Source of the DNA: an uncultured virus (IMG/VR IMGVR_UViG_3300027751_000011) | Lineage: Duplodnaviria; Heunggongvirae; Uroviricota; Caudoviricetes | DNA length: 20,000 bases | IMG/VR virus record: IMGVR_UViG_3300027751_000011 | Strand: one strand, 5' to 3' | Part shown: in pieces, positions 1 to 9,210 of the stretch | Numbering within the stretch: position 1 is the stretch's first letter | Layout of the letters: the number at the start of each line of letters is the position of its first letter | Position numbers and translations under genes: made by a program | The notes under the pieces: model-generated | What the model was told of the DNA's origin: nothing | The model's database searches: none | The model's input: the letters and a program-made list of their open reading frames with translations, nothing else

Positions 1-3000
1 ATCTTATATATCCGCAATTGGTGTTGTGAGCCATAGAAGTATCAGTATTCATTAACCTCAGTTCTATAGGGCGGCTTAGTGAATTTGAAGTAGATTGAGA
101 TAGCGTTAATGCACCAGTACTTGTAATATTACCTAACGTTTCAGACAATGTAATTGGTTCAAATTTAATTCTGTCGTGTTCGTAAGTCGAGTCAAAGCTA
201 AACTCTGTACCTGATAGAACTAAGCCGTCACCAGCTGAGTAGGTAGTATTTGTATCAGCATCATCCCGCCATGCAGGATTACCACTTACGTCTGTTTTCC
301 AAACTTTACTTGCAACAGAACCTGGTGCAGCCACATAACCAGCTATAGTTTTAGTGTTTGCATTCCAAGTGTTTGTATTTGTATCGGCATCATCTCGCCA
401 TGAGGGAACACCACTTGCATTTGTTTTCCAAACTTTATTAGCTTGGCCAGCGCCTGATGCAACATAACCATCCGCCGTACTACTGTTTGCATTCCAAGTG
501 TCATTATCAGCACCGGTAATAGTAAGTTCGGTGGCAGATGTTCTGGTAACTGAAACGCTTCCAGAGCCTGTAAACTTTACTCTATCTGAATCTCCATCAG
601 AACCTAAAAGTCTTATATCTGTCCCAGCGCTAGGAGAAGCTAGACCGTAAGTAGTATTGTCATTATTATCAGTCCATGGAACATTAACATATGCCTTATC
701 ACCAGATAGTTCAACAGGATAGTTCTTACCAGATTCAGTGTAACCTACCTGTATACCACCTCTAGTACCATTAGTTGCCTTTGGTAAAGAATAGACATTG
801 TTATTATATTCTGAAGATACTGGAATATTGTAATAGGTTGTGCCGTCATTTGTAAACTGCCAACGATCATCAGTCTCGTCCCACTTTAACACAGTATTAC
901 TTTGAGTTCCGCGCTCAATTTCAATGCCAGCATCTTCTGATGGATTAGTACCACCAAAGTCATTGTTGAGGACAATAGTGTTATCACCAATATTAAGTTG
1001 TGTAGCATTAATTTCTGTTACTTCACCTTGGAATACTACATTGCCGTTAAATGTAATGTCTGAGTCATTAATATGGATATAACCGTTATTGGTATCACCG
1101 TGTATTTTAACCCCATTACCGCTTTTAACAAATCTACCAAAACGAGTACCGTTATTTTCTAAGAAAACGTTACCGTTGCCAGCATCAAGGTTAATGCTGT
1201 TAACTGTATCAAGAGTTACGTCATAACCTTTAGTGGTGACATCAATTTGATCTGTTCCAATGTGTAGATCTCTACTAGACCAAATACGAGATTTATTCCC
1301 ACTTAGATATGGTTGCAATGACAGCCCAACATTAGTACTATCATTATGAATTATGCCAAGGGAATTACTCTTTACATAAAAAGAATTTGTACCATCAGTT
1401 GTCATGATTGGAGCATTAGTATCACTGTAATAACCAGCTGTATCAATTTTCAACGAAGGATTAGCAAAACCATCTTGCTTAAAGTTAAAGTTGCCATCAG
1501 CAGCTGAAGTAAGGTTAATATCAGCAGCTGAAGTAAGAGTAATATCCCCGCTAGTATTTTGAATACTGTCTACTGTTAAGATACCAGTTGTTGCTGCGTT
1601 TGCAGTAAGGTCGCGAGTAAAGATATTGTCAAATGCCGCGCTATCATTTTGAAGTGCTAATCTATTAAGGCCAGTAAGTGTTCCTGCTTCCCAATAATCT
1701 CCTAATTCATTCCATTGTAGTACTGCGCTATCAGTGCTTGGACGATCAACAGCTAATCCTGCTCTATTAATATCATTTACTGAAACACCGTCGTTTACTA
1801 TCGTATAGCTGCTTGCATTCCTACTTACTCCAGTGGTAGTAAATGTTCCATTCACAGTAAAACCAGTAGAAACACTCAAAATGTCGAACGTAGCGCTATC
1901 TGCAGAAATACTTTCTATACCTGATATCTTATCTGGTAAACTGATAGTAGCGGAAGATCCTTCTCCCGGCGTATGAGAAACAGTAATCTCATTAGCTGTG
2001 CCTGAGATACCTGACACATAGTTGCCAGTAGTTTCTGTTCCAAGAATAACACCATCGTCTTTGATTGTTACTGCACCGTCAGTCACAGAGAAGTTTTGTG
2101 TACTGAATGAAGCTACACCTTTGTTAGATGATGTTGCCACTTCGCCATCAATCTTAATATTATTATTAGATACAGTTGTGGTAATACCTTCACCTGCTTC
2201 AAAAGTTATCGTATCTCCTAACGAAACATTATCATCAGTACCTGTTTCAGCAGAAATAGTGAATGCAGTTCCTGTTGAAGTTACATTACCACCAATGTCC
2301 AAATTACCTGTGATATACGCTGAGTCATTAACCGTTAAGGCATCATCAAGAGTAGTAGTTCCCTGAACATTTAAAGCGTTACTTACAGTCGCGCTATCAA
2401 GAGTGGTAATTCCCTGAACATCTAAATCACCTGATATAGTTGCGGAATCAGCAGCTAAATTATCAGCGTTAACTGTACCAGTAAAATAACCATCGCGCCA
2501 CTGCTGACTATTGCTACCTAAATCAAAAGAGTTATCTGCGTTGGGAATAATACTAGAATTAACATCGGCAGTGAATACTACATTGTCGGTATTAGCATCA
2601 CCAAGAGTAACTGAGCCATTTGTACCGGCTTTAAAATTAACGGTACCGTCTACAGTAAGAGAGCCATCTACTTGTAAGTCGTTTGTAACTGTCACGGTAG
2701 TATCTGCAACTTCAATTCTTGAAGATCCGCCAGTATGTATATCTACTGCATCCGTACCAAATACAACTTTTGTATTATCATTACCTGAATGGATAATAGC
2801 ATCTTTTACGTGCACGTTTGCTACGTCGTTAATATCGTATGTTCCAAGGGATAGTTCACCGTCTATCGTAGTACTGTCAAGAGTAGTCAATCCAGTTACA
2901 TTAAAAGTAGTATCATCCCATGTAAGGTTGGCATTATCTTCTAATTCTCCAGAAGTACCCGCAAATACAATTCTGTTATCAGTTAAGTCAGTAACTTTCA

Positions 3001-3541
3001 TAGTACCAATAGTAGCACTATCAGCTGAAACTTCATCAATGTAGCCAGTTCCATCTACATATAAATCACGCCATTCTTGTCCAGTGCTACCTAGATCAAA
3101 GGCGTCATCTGTATTAGGAATAATACTTGAATTTATATCAGCATCGAATACGACGTTATCTGTATTGTCATCTCCAAGTGTTACAGTTCCTGAAGAACCA
3201 GCTTTCATGTTAACAATACCGTGGACTGTTAGACTTCCACCGATATCAACATTAGTATCTACTTTTAAATTACCTGCAAGTCTACTTGTAGATGAGCTAT
3301 CATACACATCTAGTTTTGGTGTTCTTACTTTAATTGTGTCAGCAGAATCTAACTTTGCCTCGTGCTCTTGTAACGCCTCGCCAATAGTAGGTCTGCTTCC
3401 AGCGAAAGTAGATCTACCGCTAGTTTGATCAATGCTTGTTAGGCTCATATCACCAACTGAATCTAACAGCTGGTTAATTCTTCTTCGCTGCGTATTTAAC
3501 GTATCAGTTAAAGTTATATTAGGTATTTTTGAATTAGCCAT
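1..3541 (-). CDS. Long tail fibre / fibre-like virion protein, >=1180 aa, C-terminus beyond the left window edge (absent from the ORF track)
   Basis: Translated by hand from ATG at 3541 ([31 protein letters not shown]...) with no stop down to base 2 (...[20 protein letters not shown]). ATGGCTAA 8-nt overlap with the upstream 71-aa gene. T/S/D/G/N-rich with typical fibre modules: [24 protein letters not shown] (x2), [58 protein letters not shown]. Confidence 0.9.
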   Translation of the reverse strand, partial: MANSKIPNITLTDTLNTQRRRINQLLDSVGDMSLTSIDQTSGRSTFAGSRPTIGEALQEHEAKLDSADTIKVRTPKLDVYDSSSTSRLAGNLKVDTNVDIGGSLTVHGIVNMKAGSSGTVTLGDDNTDNVVFDADINSSIIPNTDDAFDLGSTGQEWRDLYVDGTGYIDEVSADSATIGTMKVTDLTDNRIVFAGTSGELEDNANLTWDDTTFNVTGLTTLDSTTIDGELSLGTYDINDVANVHVKDAIIHSGNDNTKVVFGTDAVDIHTGGSSRIEVADTTVTVTNDLQVDGSLTVDGTVNFKAGTNGSVTLGDANTDNVVFTADVNSSIIPNADNSFDLGSNSQQWRDGYFTGTVNADNLAADSATISGDLDVQGITTLDSATVSNALNVQGTTTLDDALTVNDSAYITGNLDIGGNVTSTGTAFTISAETGTDDNVSLGDTITFEAGEGITTTVSNNNIKIDGEVATSSNKGVASFSTQNFSVTDGAVTIKDDGVILGTETTGNYVSGISGTANEITVSHTPGEGSSATISLPDKISGIESISADSATFDILSVSTGFTVNGTFTTTGVSRNASSYTIVNDGVSVNDINRAGLAVDRPSTDSAVLQWNELGDYWEAGTLTGLNRLALQNDSAAFDNIFTRDLTANAATTGILTVDSIQNTSGDITLTSAADINLTSAADGNFNFKQDGFANPSLKIDTAGYYSDTNAPIMTTDGTNSFYVKSNSLGIIHNDSTNVGLSLQPYLSGNKSRIWSSRDLHIGTDQIDVTTKGYDVTLDTVNSINLDAGNGNVFLENNGTRFGRFVKSGNGVKIHGDTNNGYIHINDSDITFNGNVVFQGEVTEINATQLNIGDNTIVLNNDFGGTNPSEDAGIEIERGTQSNTVLKWDETDDRWQFTNDGTTYYNIPVSSEYNNNVYSLPKATNGTRGGIQVGYTESGKNYPVELSGDKAYVNVPWTDNNDNTTYGLASPSAGTDIRLLGSDGDSDRVKFTGSGSVSVTRTSATELTITGADNDTWNANSSTADGYVASGAGQANKVWKTNASGVPSWRDDADTNTNTWNANTKTIAGYVAAPGSVASKVWKTDVSGNPAWRDDADTNTTYSAGDGLVLSGTEFSFDSTYEHDRIKFEPITLSETLGNITSTGALTLSQSTSNSLSRPIELRLMNTDTSMAHNTNCGYIR
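242..499 (-). repeat. Two tandem 129-nt (43-aa) in-frame repeats in the fibre
   Basis: [43 protein letters not shown] followed by [43 protein letters not shown]; copies start at 499 and 370. Confidence 0.9.
1496..1546 (-). repeat. 24-nt tandem duplication ([16 protein letters not shown]) in the fibre
   Basis: atcagcagctgaagtaag is exact at 1496-1513 and 1520-1537; the 24-nt units match at 22/24. Confidence 0.9.
2440..3260 (-). repeat. Dispersed duplication of a ~75-aa fibre module, copies 573 nt (191 aa) apart
   Basis: [58 protein letters not shown]...ADSATI versus [58 protein letters not shown]...ADSATI; Trp codons at 3071-3073 and 2498-2500. Confidence 0.9.
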
Positions 3542-3749
3542 TTGAACCGTTCTCTAATAGTTTTTGGAGCATTGTTTTTATATCGTTTACATCACTTTTA
3601 AGTTGATCTATTTCATCTAGCTCTTTTTGCTTTCTCACATTAATCAGATTATTATACTTATGTTTGTTCTTATTTATATTCAAAATCATGTTAGTATTAG
3701 GATCTCTTACTAAATCCGGATAATCTTTTACTGGTATATAGTCTGCCAT
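3534..3749 (-). CDS. Small conserved T4-like phage protein with C-terminal coiled coil (71 aa)
   Basis: [16 protein letters not shown]...[20 protein letters not shown] resembles the small ORF usually found directly after VrlC-like genes in cyanophage-type myoviruses; TAATG coupling upstream and ATGGCTAA overlap downstream. Confidence 0.8.
   Translation of the reverse strand: MADYIPVKDYPDLVRDPNTNMILNINKNKHKYNNLINVRKQKELDEIDQLKSDVNDIKTMLQKLLENGSNG
3671..3678 (-). promoter_or_regulatory. Candidate T4-type late promoter TATAAATA upstream of the fibre gene
   Basis: tatttata on + at 3671-3678; inside the 71-aa ORF, about 130 nt before the fibre ATG. Could be chance in AT-rich coding DNA. Confidence 0.45.
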
Positions 3750-5416
3750 TATGAGGTAGCTATTGTTCTTAAGTTTCTAAAACGAGGGAATCTAGTAGAT
3801 TTCTCAGCATTCATTGTTATTTTTATTTGATACTCGTCAAAAGGAGAGACATTGAATACGTTAAACTCATATTCAACAAACCTAGAAAGGTCGCTGCTAG
3901 GCGGAATGTCTATATAACTATTACCCTTAGTTACTTTTATGTCTTTAGAAAAAGCTGTCCAATCTTGCTCAGAAAGTTTGTTTCCACTTGAATTTAAATT
4001 GGTCCTAAACCATATATCAAAATCAGCTCCTATAGGTCTTACTGCATCTACTAAAGTTACAATAGATGTAGAGGAGTTAGTAAGACTATAAACTATTGAA
4101 ATATGTTTACTTCCACAAGTCCCGCCATCTGGAGAGGTTTCAGGTACATAATCTACAGTACTAATAAAGTTTCTATCAGTGGCTGTACCCACATCAGACT
4201 GCTGGTGGTCAATAAAATATGACACAGTTTCGACTTGAGAACTATTAACATTAAAATAAGGAGCCGTATTTGCATTCGAAGTAGATAAGTTTACGCTTAC
4301 CACAGTTGAAGGATTCCCACCTAGTTTATTAACTTCTTGTGCTCTTGATGCTATTACAGCAGGTTCATCAAGTATTTGAGGCCCTGATAGATTTAAGCCA
4401 ACCCCAGCAATAGCTTGGTATCCAGTATTAGTGTCATGCCAAGCTCCTATAGATGTAAAATCGGCACTAGCAGTAACGTTAGTACCAGATGGGGCTGATA
4501 CTGGAATCTTAACCATAAATTCATCTATTTCGTGTTGTTCAGTAGCATATAAACCAGTACCGCCACCTCTAACAGAAGCAGTGGCTACTGAACCCATTTC
4601 AAACGTATAACCATACGGGTCTGCTGCAGTAATAACTCTATCGCCTAAAATGTTACTACCTAAGACGCCATTTACTGTATCTCCACTACTAAATCCTGTC
4701 GCGTCAGTGCTAAGAGTTACTGTATCTCCTACTCTAAAACCATGAGCGGGATGAAGAACAGAAACAGTAGCATCGCCAGCTGTAAATACTAAAGGATCAT
4801 ACACGTAATCGCCCAGTTGATTTTGTACTAGGCTTTCTGTTAATTTTTTAGGAGGTGGAGTATTTATTTCTAGCTTAGCAACAGAAGACAGCGCTGTATC
4901 GAACTGCGCTTTATATACTTTAAATGTTAAATCTTTTGTATTATCACCTTCCCATGTTGTGCCATTTGAAGATGAGTATAACGCGCCGCCCGAAGTATTC
5001 ACGGTAGAGTTATATCTCGATGTAGTAGTTCCAATATTAAATTCACCGTTCTGAGCAAAATACGTTTGGTATGCACCAGCACCAGCGCTACTGTATATAC
5101 ACACCGATAAAAGTGTATTGGCTGGCACTTGTATAGGAGATGAAAATTCGAATTTGTATTCAGTCGCAGCTGAAAATGTTGTTGCAGCTTTGGCTCCAAC
5201 TGCTGCAGCTGTTGCTACAACTCTGCTGCCTGGTATATACCTCTTCGAAGAAGGTTGGCCTCCCTCAGTCGTAGGCCTAAGCTCTAATGTGATAGGAAGC
5301 AATGGATCAGCTGAGTAAAAGAATATGCCTATACCTGTTAACACACTTGCTTCATCAACCACAAAGGTTTGTGCTGTAGGAGATTTTTGCTCTGTTAATT
5401 GTAGAATACCTGTCAT
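3749..5416 (-). CDS. Virion structural protein, C-terminal third of a VrlC/DUF4815-like protein (555 aa)
   Basis: Begins PTAQTFVV...LTGIGIFFYSAD..LPITLELRP (cf. DPLAQTF...LT..DLFF), has LYSSSNGTTWEGDNTKDLTFKVYKAQF, HPAHGF..GDTV, and ends FDEYQIKITM...PRFRNLRTIAT, the typical terminus of this family. GGAGGT Shine-Dalgarno before a TAATG overlap. Confidence 0.8.
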   Translation of the reverse strand: MTGILQLTEQKSPTAQTFVVDEASVLTGIGIFFYSADPLLPITLELRPTTEGGQPSSKRYIPGSRVVATAAAVGAKAATTFSAATEYKFEFSSPIQVPANTLLSVCIYSSAGAGAYQTYFAQNGEFNIGTTTSRYNSTVNTSGGALYSSSNGTTWEGDNTKDLTFKVYKAQFDTALSSVAKLEINTPPPKKLTESLVQNQLGDYVYDPLVFTAGDATVSVLHPAHGFRVGDTVTLSTDATGFSSGDTVNGVLGSNILGDRVITAADPYGYTFEMGSVATASVRGGGTGLYATEQHEIDEFMVKIPVSAPSGTNVTASADFTSIGAWHDTNTGYQAIAGVGLNLSGPQILDEPAVIASRAQEVNKLGGNPSTVVSVNLSTSNANTAPYFNVNSSQVETVSYFIDHQQSDVGTATDRNFISTVDYVPETSPDGGTCGSKHISIVYSLTNSSTSIVTLVDAVRPIGADFDIWFRTNLNSSGNKLSEQDWTAFSKDIKVTKGNSYIDIPPSSDLSRFVEYEFNVFNVSPFDEYQIKITMNAEKSTRFPRFRNLRTIATS

Positions 5417-6213
5417 TAGAAACCACCTCCAATTATACCATTACCTGAAGCAACAGATGCAACATTTGTAGCATTATATATGCTGGCGGGTCTAGCCTTT
5501 GGTCGAACAGATCCCATGTTCAACGGCGCTGATGAGCCCGGTAGAGAAAAAATAGGTTCGTTTTTAGGAGCAAAACACTGATTAACTCCCGCATGTGCGT
5601 CGTTATCATTATTATTGTCATTTTCGTAAAAAACGCTTTCAAAATATGAGTAACTTTCAGAAAACTGCTTGCTTTCAGTATTAGTATATTCGTACCAGTA
5701 TTCGTTTTGACCTTGAGCATAGAATTGAGCAGCAGCGTATGATAAAGCTTCGTTTCTATCTAGAACGGATACATCTAGTGCGCTAAAGTTTGTACCATCA
5801 GTATTGATAGGCCAGTTTGTAGTAGTGTTAGATTGCAAATAAAATAACCCACTTAATGAACCATCTGCAGAAGAAGTTAATGCGACATCAGCACCACCAT
5901 TTGTAGCTCCTCCTAAACCAGCGGGAAAGGCTGTTTCAGTTATATAAGAATCTCCAGGCTCTTTAATAGTTGAAGTTCTTGCTGCAGTCGTATAGTCTGT
6001 TAAGCTATATGAGGTATTGCAGTATTTTGTTATCTGCTTATCAGCAAAGAAAATCCAATGAGGAATATTAGGTCTCAAACCTTTAAACTCAAAAAATATA
6101 ATTTTTGGTCTATGTATATCTACTTCACTATAACCTAAACGGTCCTGTTTTATAACATCACGTGTTCGTGTAACGTTTCTACTGCCCGTTCTTTTTACTT
6201 GTCTATATGGCAT
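5416..6213 (-). CDS. Virion structural protein, middle part of a VrlC/DUF4815-like protein (265 aa)
   Basis: HRPKIIFFEFKGLRPNIPHWIFF matches the internal R...I.F...GLKPN...Y.FFD motif; LTSSADGSLSGLFYL matches the L.TD..G...G.F.IP motif; own RBS AAGGTAAAGAG-ATG. Confidence 0.7.
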   Translation of the reverse strand: MPYRQVKRTGSRNVTRTRDVIKQDRLGYSEVDIHRPKIIFFEFKGLRPNIPHWIFFADKQITKYCNTSYSLTDYTTAARTSTIKEPGDSYITETAFPAGLGGATNGGADVALTSSADGSLSGLFYLQSNTTTNWPINTDGTNFSALDVSVLDRNEALSYAAAQFYAQGQNEYWYEYTNTESKQFSESYSYFESVFYENDNNNDNDAHAGVNQCFAPKNEPIFSLPGSSAPLNMGSVRPKARPASIYNATNVASVASGNGIIGGGF

Positions 6214-6228
6214 CTCTTTACCTTGTTT

Positions 6229-9201
6229 TTAACTGTAAGCACCAGTACTTACTGTGATAGTACCTTGAGAACTAATTTCTACAGTTCCATCTGGTAGCAA
6301 TGATGCGTTTGATTGAGGCACAAAGGATTTGTCCACCAAACGTTTATTCGTCCAATAATCGCCTTCTGGCGTAAGCTCTGCTGTACCAATACTTTGAGGT
6401 ATATCAAATTGATTAACAGATATAACACCTGTAGCTTCGTCTTGGCCAAAACCTGAAACTACTTCAGTATATTTTGGCCAGACATTATTGCCCTTTATTA
6501 CACATGTGTCTAAAGATAAGTCAGAATCATATGTTAGACCTATTGATTTGTTGAAATAAAGCGGGAACAGCTCACGCGTGTCAGCCATATGGCCAGCTCT
6601 ATAATCATCATCAAACCAATTTGATTGAAGAGTAGTTTCAAAATTATCTCCGGTAACGCCTTCAGTTTGCCTAATAAACGTAGCATTATCAGGATCGTAT
6701 ACTTCTAAAGATGATAACTCAGCTTCTATTAATGAGAGAGTTGTTATTCTTTCAACATTAGAAATTCTATCATCTAGTCTTCGGATATCTGACATCTTAT
6801 ATCCGCGATTATCATACTGTGTTACTCTTAAATCTTCATTATTAAATGTGAATGGATACATAACAATATCATACAACTTCATGTCCCTACCATCTACACC
6901 TGTAGGAGGAACTAATGAATAAGATGAAGCACCTTGGTGATACTTTAAAGTTCCAGAAGAAGTTAGAGTAAGCGCATCTCTCCTAGGTAGCCAGTACTTA
7001 GTTAAGCCTACGGTAATTGTTGATTGATTTTTAGGCAGTGGCTCAACACGGGCAATGCCTCCAGTAAACGTTTCATCAGCAGGATTTTTTAAGGATCTCA
7101 TATCAATTACGTCGGCTAGGTGGTATGTATCACCTCTTGCCGTAGTATATTTGGGAATCTGACTAAATGTGATATCACCATAAGAAGCCGCTCCTCCAAA
7201 ATACCCAGCGCCGATCGGAGTATCGTGTTGAAAGTACTTATATTCTACTGTGACCGTTCCGGCCGGAGCAGCTTGGCCACCTCTTAACTTACCTCTACCT
7301 GGTCCGTAATAGTTATCATCTTGTCCGTTATTTAAAATAAATTTATATGTTATAATTTCGTTAGTAGTATCATCTGTTACTTTATTAAATGAGAAGATAT
7401 CAGCTTTTGAAAGTATAAACTCGTCGTTAACCAAACTAAGAGTTTCAGATGCCCAACTATTTGCGGCTGTGCCAGGTTGTAGCGATTTATTCTTACGAGT
7501 TAAAGTTGTAGTCTGATATGCAACAACATGGCCGTTACCATTCGAAGGACCGGTAATAGCAGCCTGTGTATTTGGACCGTTTCCACCATCGCTTAACGTT
7601 ACACTTAAGTCAGTACTTAAATCGCCTCCTGAGTTAACCTGATACACCCAATCATCTGTTTCAGTAAATGTATCGGTGTTACCAGTATTAATTGTTACGC
7701 TACTAGCAGTTTTATTTACAGTGTACACTTTACCAACAGTAGCAGTCACAGAACTTATTTCTTGTACTCTGTCACGTGGCAGTTCAAACAATAGATCATT
7801 TTCTTGTCTATTATAAATGTCAAACCTACTTTGCACTGATTTTAAATTTGCATAGTTATCAGCATCTATACCAATAGATCTAATATCGCCAGAGCTATAT
7901 GAACTATTTGTAATATTAATATCAAATATGTGAATTCTATAGTTTGTCTGTAGGTAATATAAAGCTCTTACTCTTGCTGTACCAAAATTTATTCCGCCGC
8001 GATCTACGGCAGTGTATAGATTAACTTCAGTAAAGTCTTCTATATATCCTACGAGACCATACGCACTATCTGCTAACAGAAAATTACCTATATTAGCTCC
8101 GGACTTTTCACTAGTCTTTGATACGGTATCATTTATAATATTTCTTGGCTTTGATACTTTGATTGGTAGATTAAAATCTCTTTCGACTCTTGATCCATTT
8201 ACAAAACCAGTTCCTCCTGAAACTTTAAAGTTTAAGAAGTCGTCGTCAGTATCAGTATTTATTGACAGGTCAAATTCACCGGTTGGTCTGCTCTCAATAA
8301 AATTACCTGTTTGAGAATAGGTTCTTGAATCGATAATACTACCTATTTTAGAAAGAATCTTATCGGGAGTTTTAGTAAGCGAAACTTGACCGTTGATTAC
8401 CTTATAGACTTCATAAAATGTATCGCTTGCAACAATCTGATCTTTTGTTGTTAGAGTTAATGTAATTTTAAGTCTATCAGCGCCTGGAGATGTAAGGTTG
8501 GGAGTAGAACCTGAATTATCAAAAAGAGCTATATTATCAGCTGTAGTAATAATTTCTTCTACTACTTTAAAACCAACAGTGCCTGTAAAGGTAGGAGTGT
8601 ATTTAGAAAGAACTAATGATTGAGCGTCAACCATTACAAGATGGTTTCCAGCATATGTATCAAACTGAGGAATATCAACAATAGAACATTTTCCAACCGC
8701 GTCATTCACTGACTGAATGGTAATATTACCTAAATCAGTTGTAAGAGTAGCTCCTGCAACAAATGGCTTAGAAACTGTAGTAACTTCAGCTTCGTCTGCT
8801 CCTCCAACTTTACCCTCTGACATCTTTACGAATAGCGTATCAGGATCTCCATTTGCAGCCGGTAAGACATCTTTTACTATAGCAAACAAATCACCATCAT
8901 TTATTTTAGTACCCTTTAAAGCTGCATAACCTATAGGTAAAGAACTGACTTTCAAGTACGTGTAAGAAAAGGCATTGACACCTGAAGCAAGGCTTGCTGA
9001 ATTATTAAATATTGCGCCTTCATTTACTATAAACCGTGAAAGCCTGGCTAGTTCTGCTTGTATAATAGATTGTGATTGCGTTAGCTCTCTAGCTTGAAGA
9101 GCACGACCGTTATTAAAAAGAATACGATGGTAGTGATCACTATCTCTGAAGTCATCATTATATTCACTCAAGAACGTGGTGTTAGTAAGATTAGTTGCCA
9201 T
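6229..9201 (-). CDS. VrlC/DUF4815-like baseplate-associated structural protein, N-terminal part (990 aa)
   Basis: Signature N-terminus YNDDFRDSDHYHRILFNNGRALQARELTQSQSIIQ, plus LFDNS...PN..SPGADRLKITLTL, LADVIDMR, NRGYKMSDIRRLDDRISNVERITTLSLIE; RBS TAAGGATAAACA-ATG. Confidence 0.85.
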   Translation of the reverse strand: MATNLTNTTFLSEYNDDFRDSDHYHRILFNNGRALQARELTQSQSIIQAELARLSRFIVNEGAIFNNSASLASGVNAFSYTYLKVSSLPIGYAALKGTKINDGDLFAIVKDVLPAANGDPDTLFVKMSEGKVGGADEAEVTTVSKPFVAGATLTTDLGNITIQSVNDAVGKCSIVDIPQFDTYAGNHLVMVDAQSLVLSKYTPTFTGTVGFKVVEEIITTADNIALFDNSGSTPNLTSPGADRLKITLTLTTKDQIVASDTFYEVYKVINGQVSLTKTPDKILSKIGSIIDSRTYSQTGNFIESRPTGEFDLSINTDTDDDFLNFKVSGGTGFVNGSRVERDFNLPIKVSKPRNIINDTVSKTSEKSGANIGNFLLADSAYGLVGYIEDFTEVNLYTAVDRGGINFGTARVRALYYLQTNYRIHIFDINITNSSYSSGDIRSIGIDADNYANLKSVQSRFDIYNRQENDLLFELPRDRVQEISSVTATVGKVYTVNKTASSVTINTGNTDTFTETDDWVYQVNSGGDLSTDLSVTLSDGGNGPNTQAAITGPSNGNGHVVAYQTTTLTRKNKSLQPGTAANSWASETLSLVNDEFILSKADIFSFNKVTDDTTNEIITYKFILNNGQDDNYYGPGRGKLRGGQAAPAGTVTVEYKYFQHDTPIGAGYFGGAASYGDITFSQIPKYTTARGDTYHLADVIDMRSLKNPADETFTGGIARVEPLPKNQSTITVGLTKYWLPRRDALTLTSSGTLKYHQGASSYSLVPPTGVDGRDMKLYDIVMYPFTFNNEDLRVTQYDNRGYKMSDIRRLDDRISNVERITTLSLIEAELSSLEVYDPDNATFIRQTEGVTGDNFETTLQSNWFDDDYRAGHMADTRELFPLYFNKSIGLTYDSDLSLDTCVIKGNNVWPKYTEVVSGFGQDEATGVISVNQFDIPQSIGTAELTPEGDYWTNKRLVDKSFVPQSNASLLPDGTVEISSQGTITVSTGAYS

Positions 9202-9210
9202 TGTTTATCC

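Noticed and set aside
242..499. Fibre repeats as a diversity-generating retroelement TR/VR pair
   Set aside because: Both copies are in-frame and adjacent, mismatches are not adenine-specific, and no reverse transcriptase is present.
2022..3428. Plus-strand ORFs 2022-2366, 2511-3044, 3084-3428, the last two similar to each other
   Set aside because: Antisense shadows of the fibre gene; their mutual similarity simply mirrors the fibre's duplicated module.
5530..5590. NQCFAPK as the start of an intein/Hint domain
   Set aside because: Only the CF dipeptide fits; no TxxH or terminal HN motif, and only about 50 aa remain.
5410..6235. Stop-codon recoding or programmed frameshift re-joining the split VrlC (or gp5) genes
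   Set aside because: Junctions change frame or have spacers, each downstream ATG has a Shine-Dalgarno-like site, and genes are full length under the standard code.
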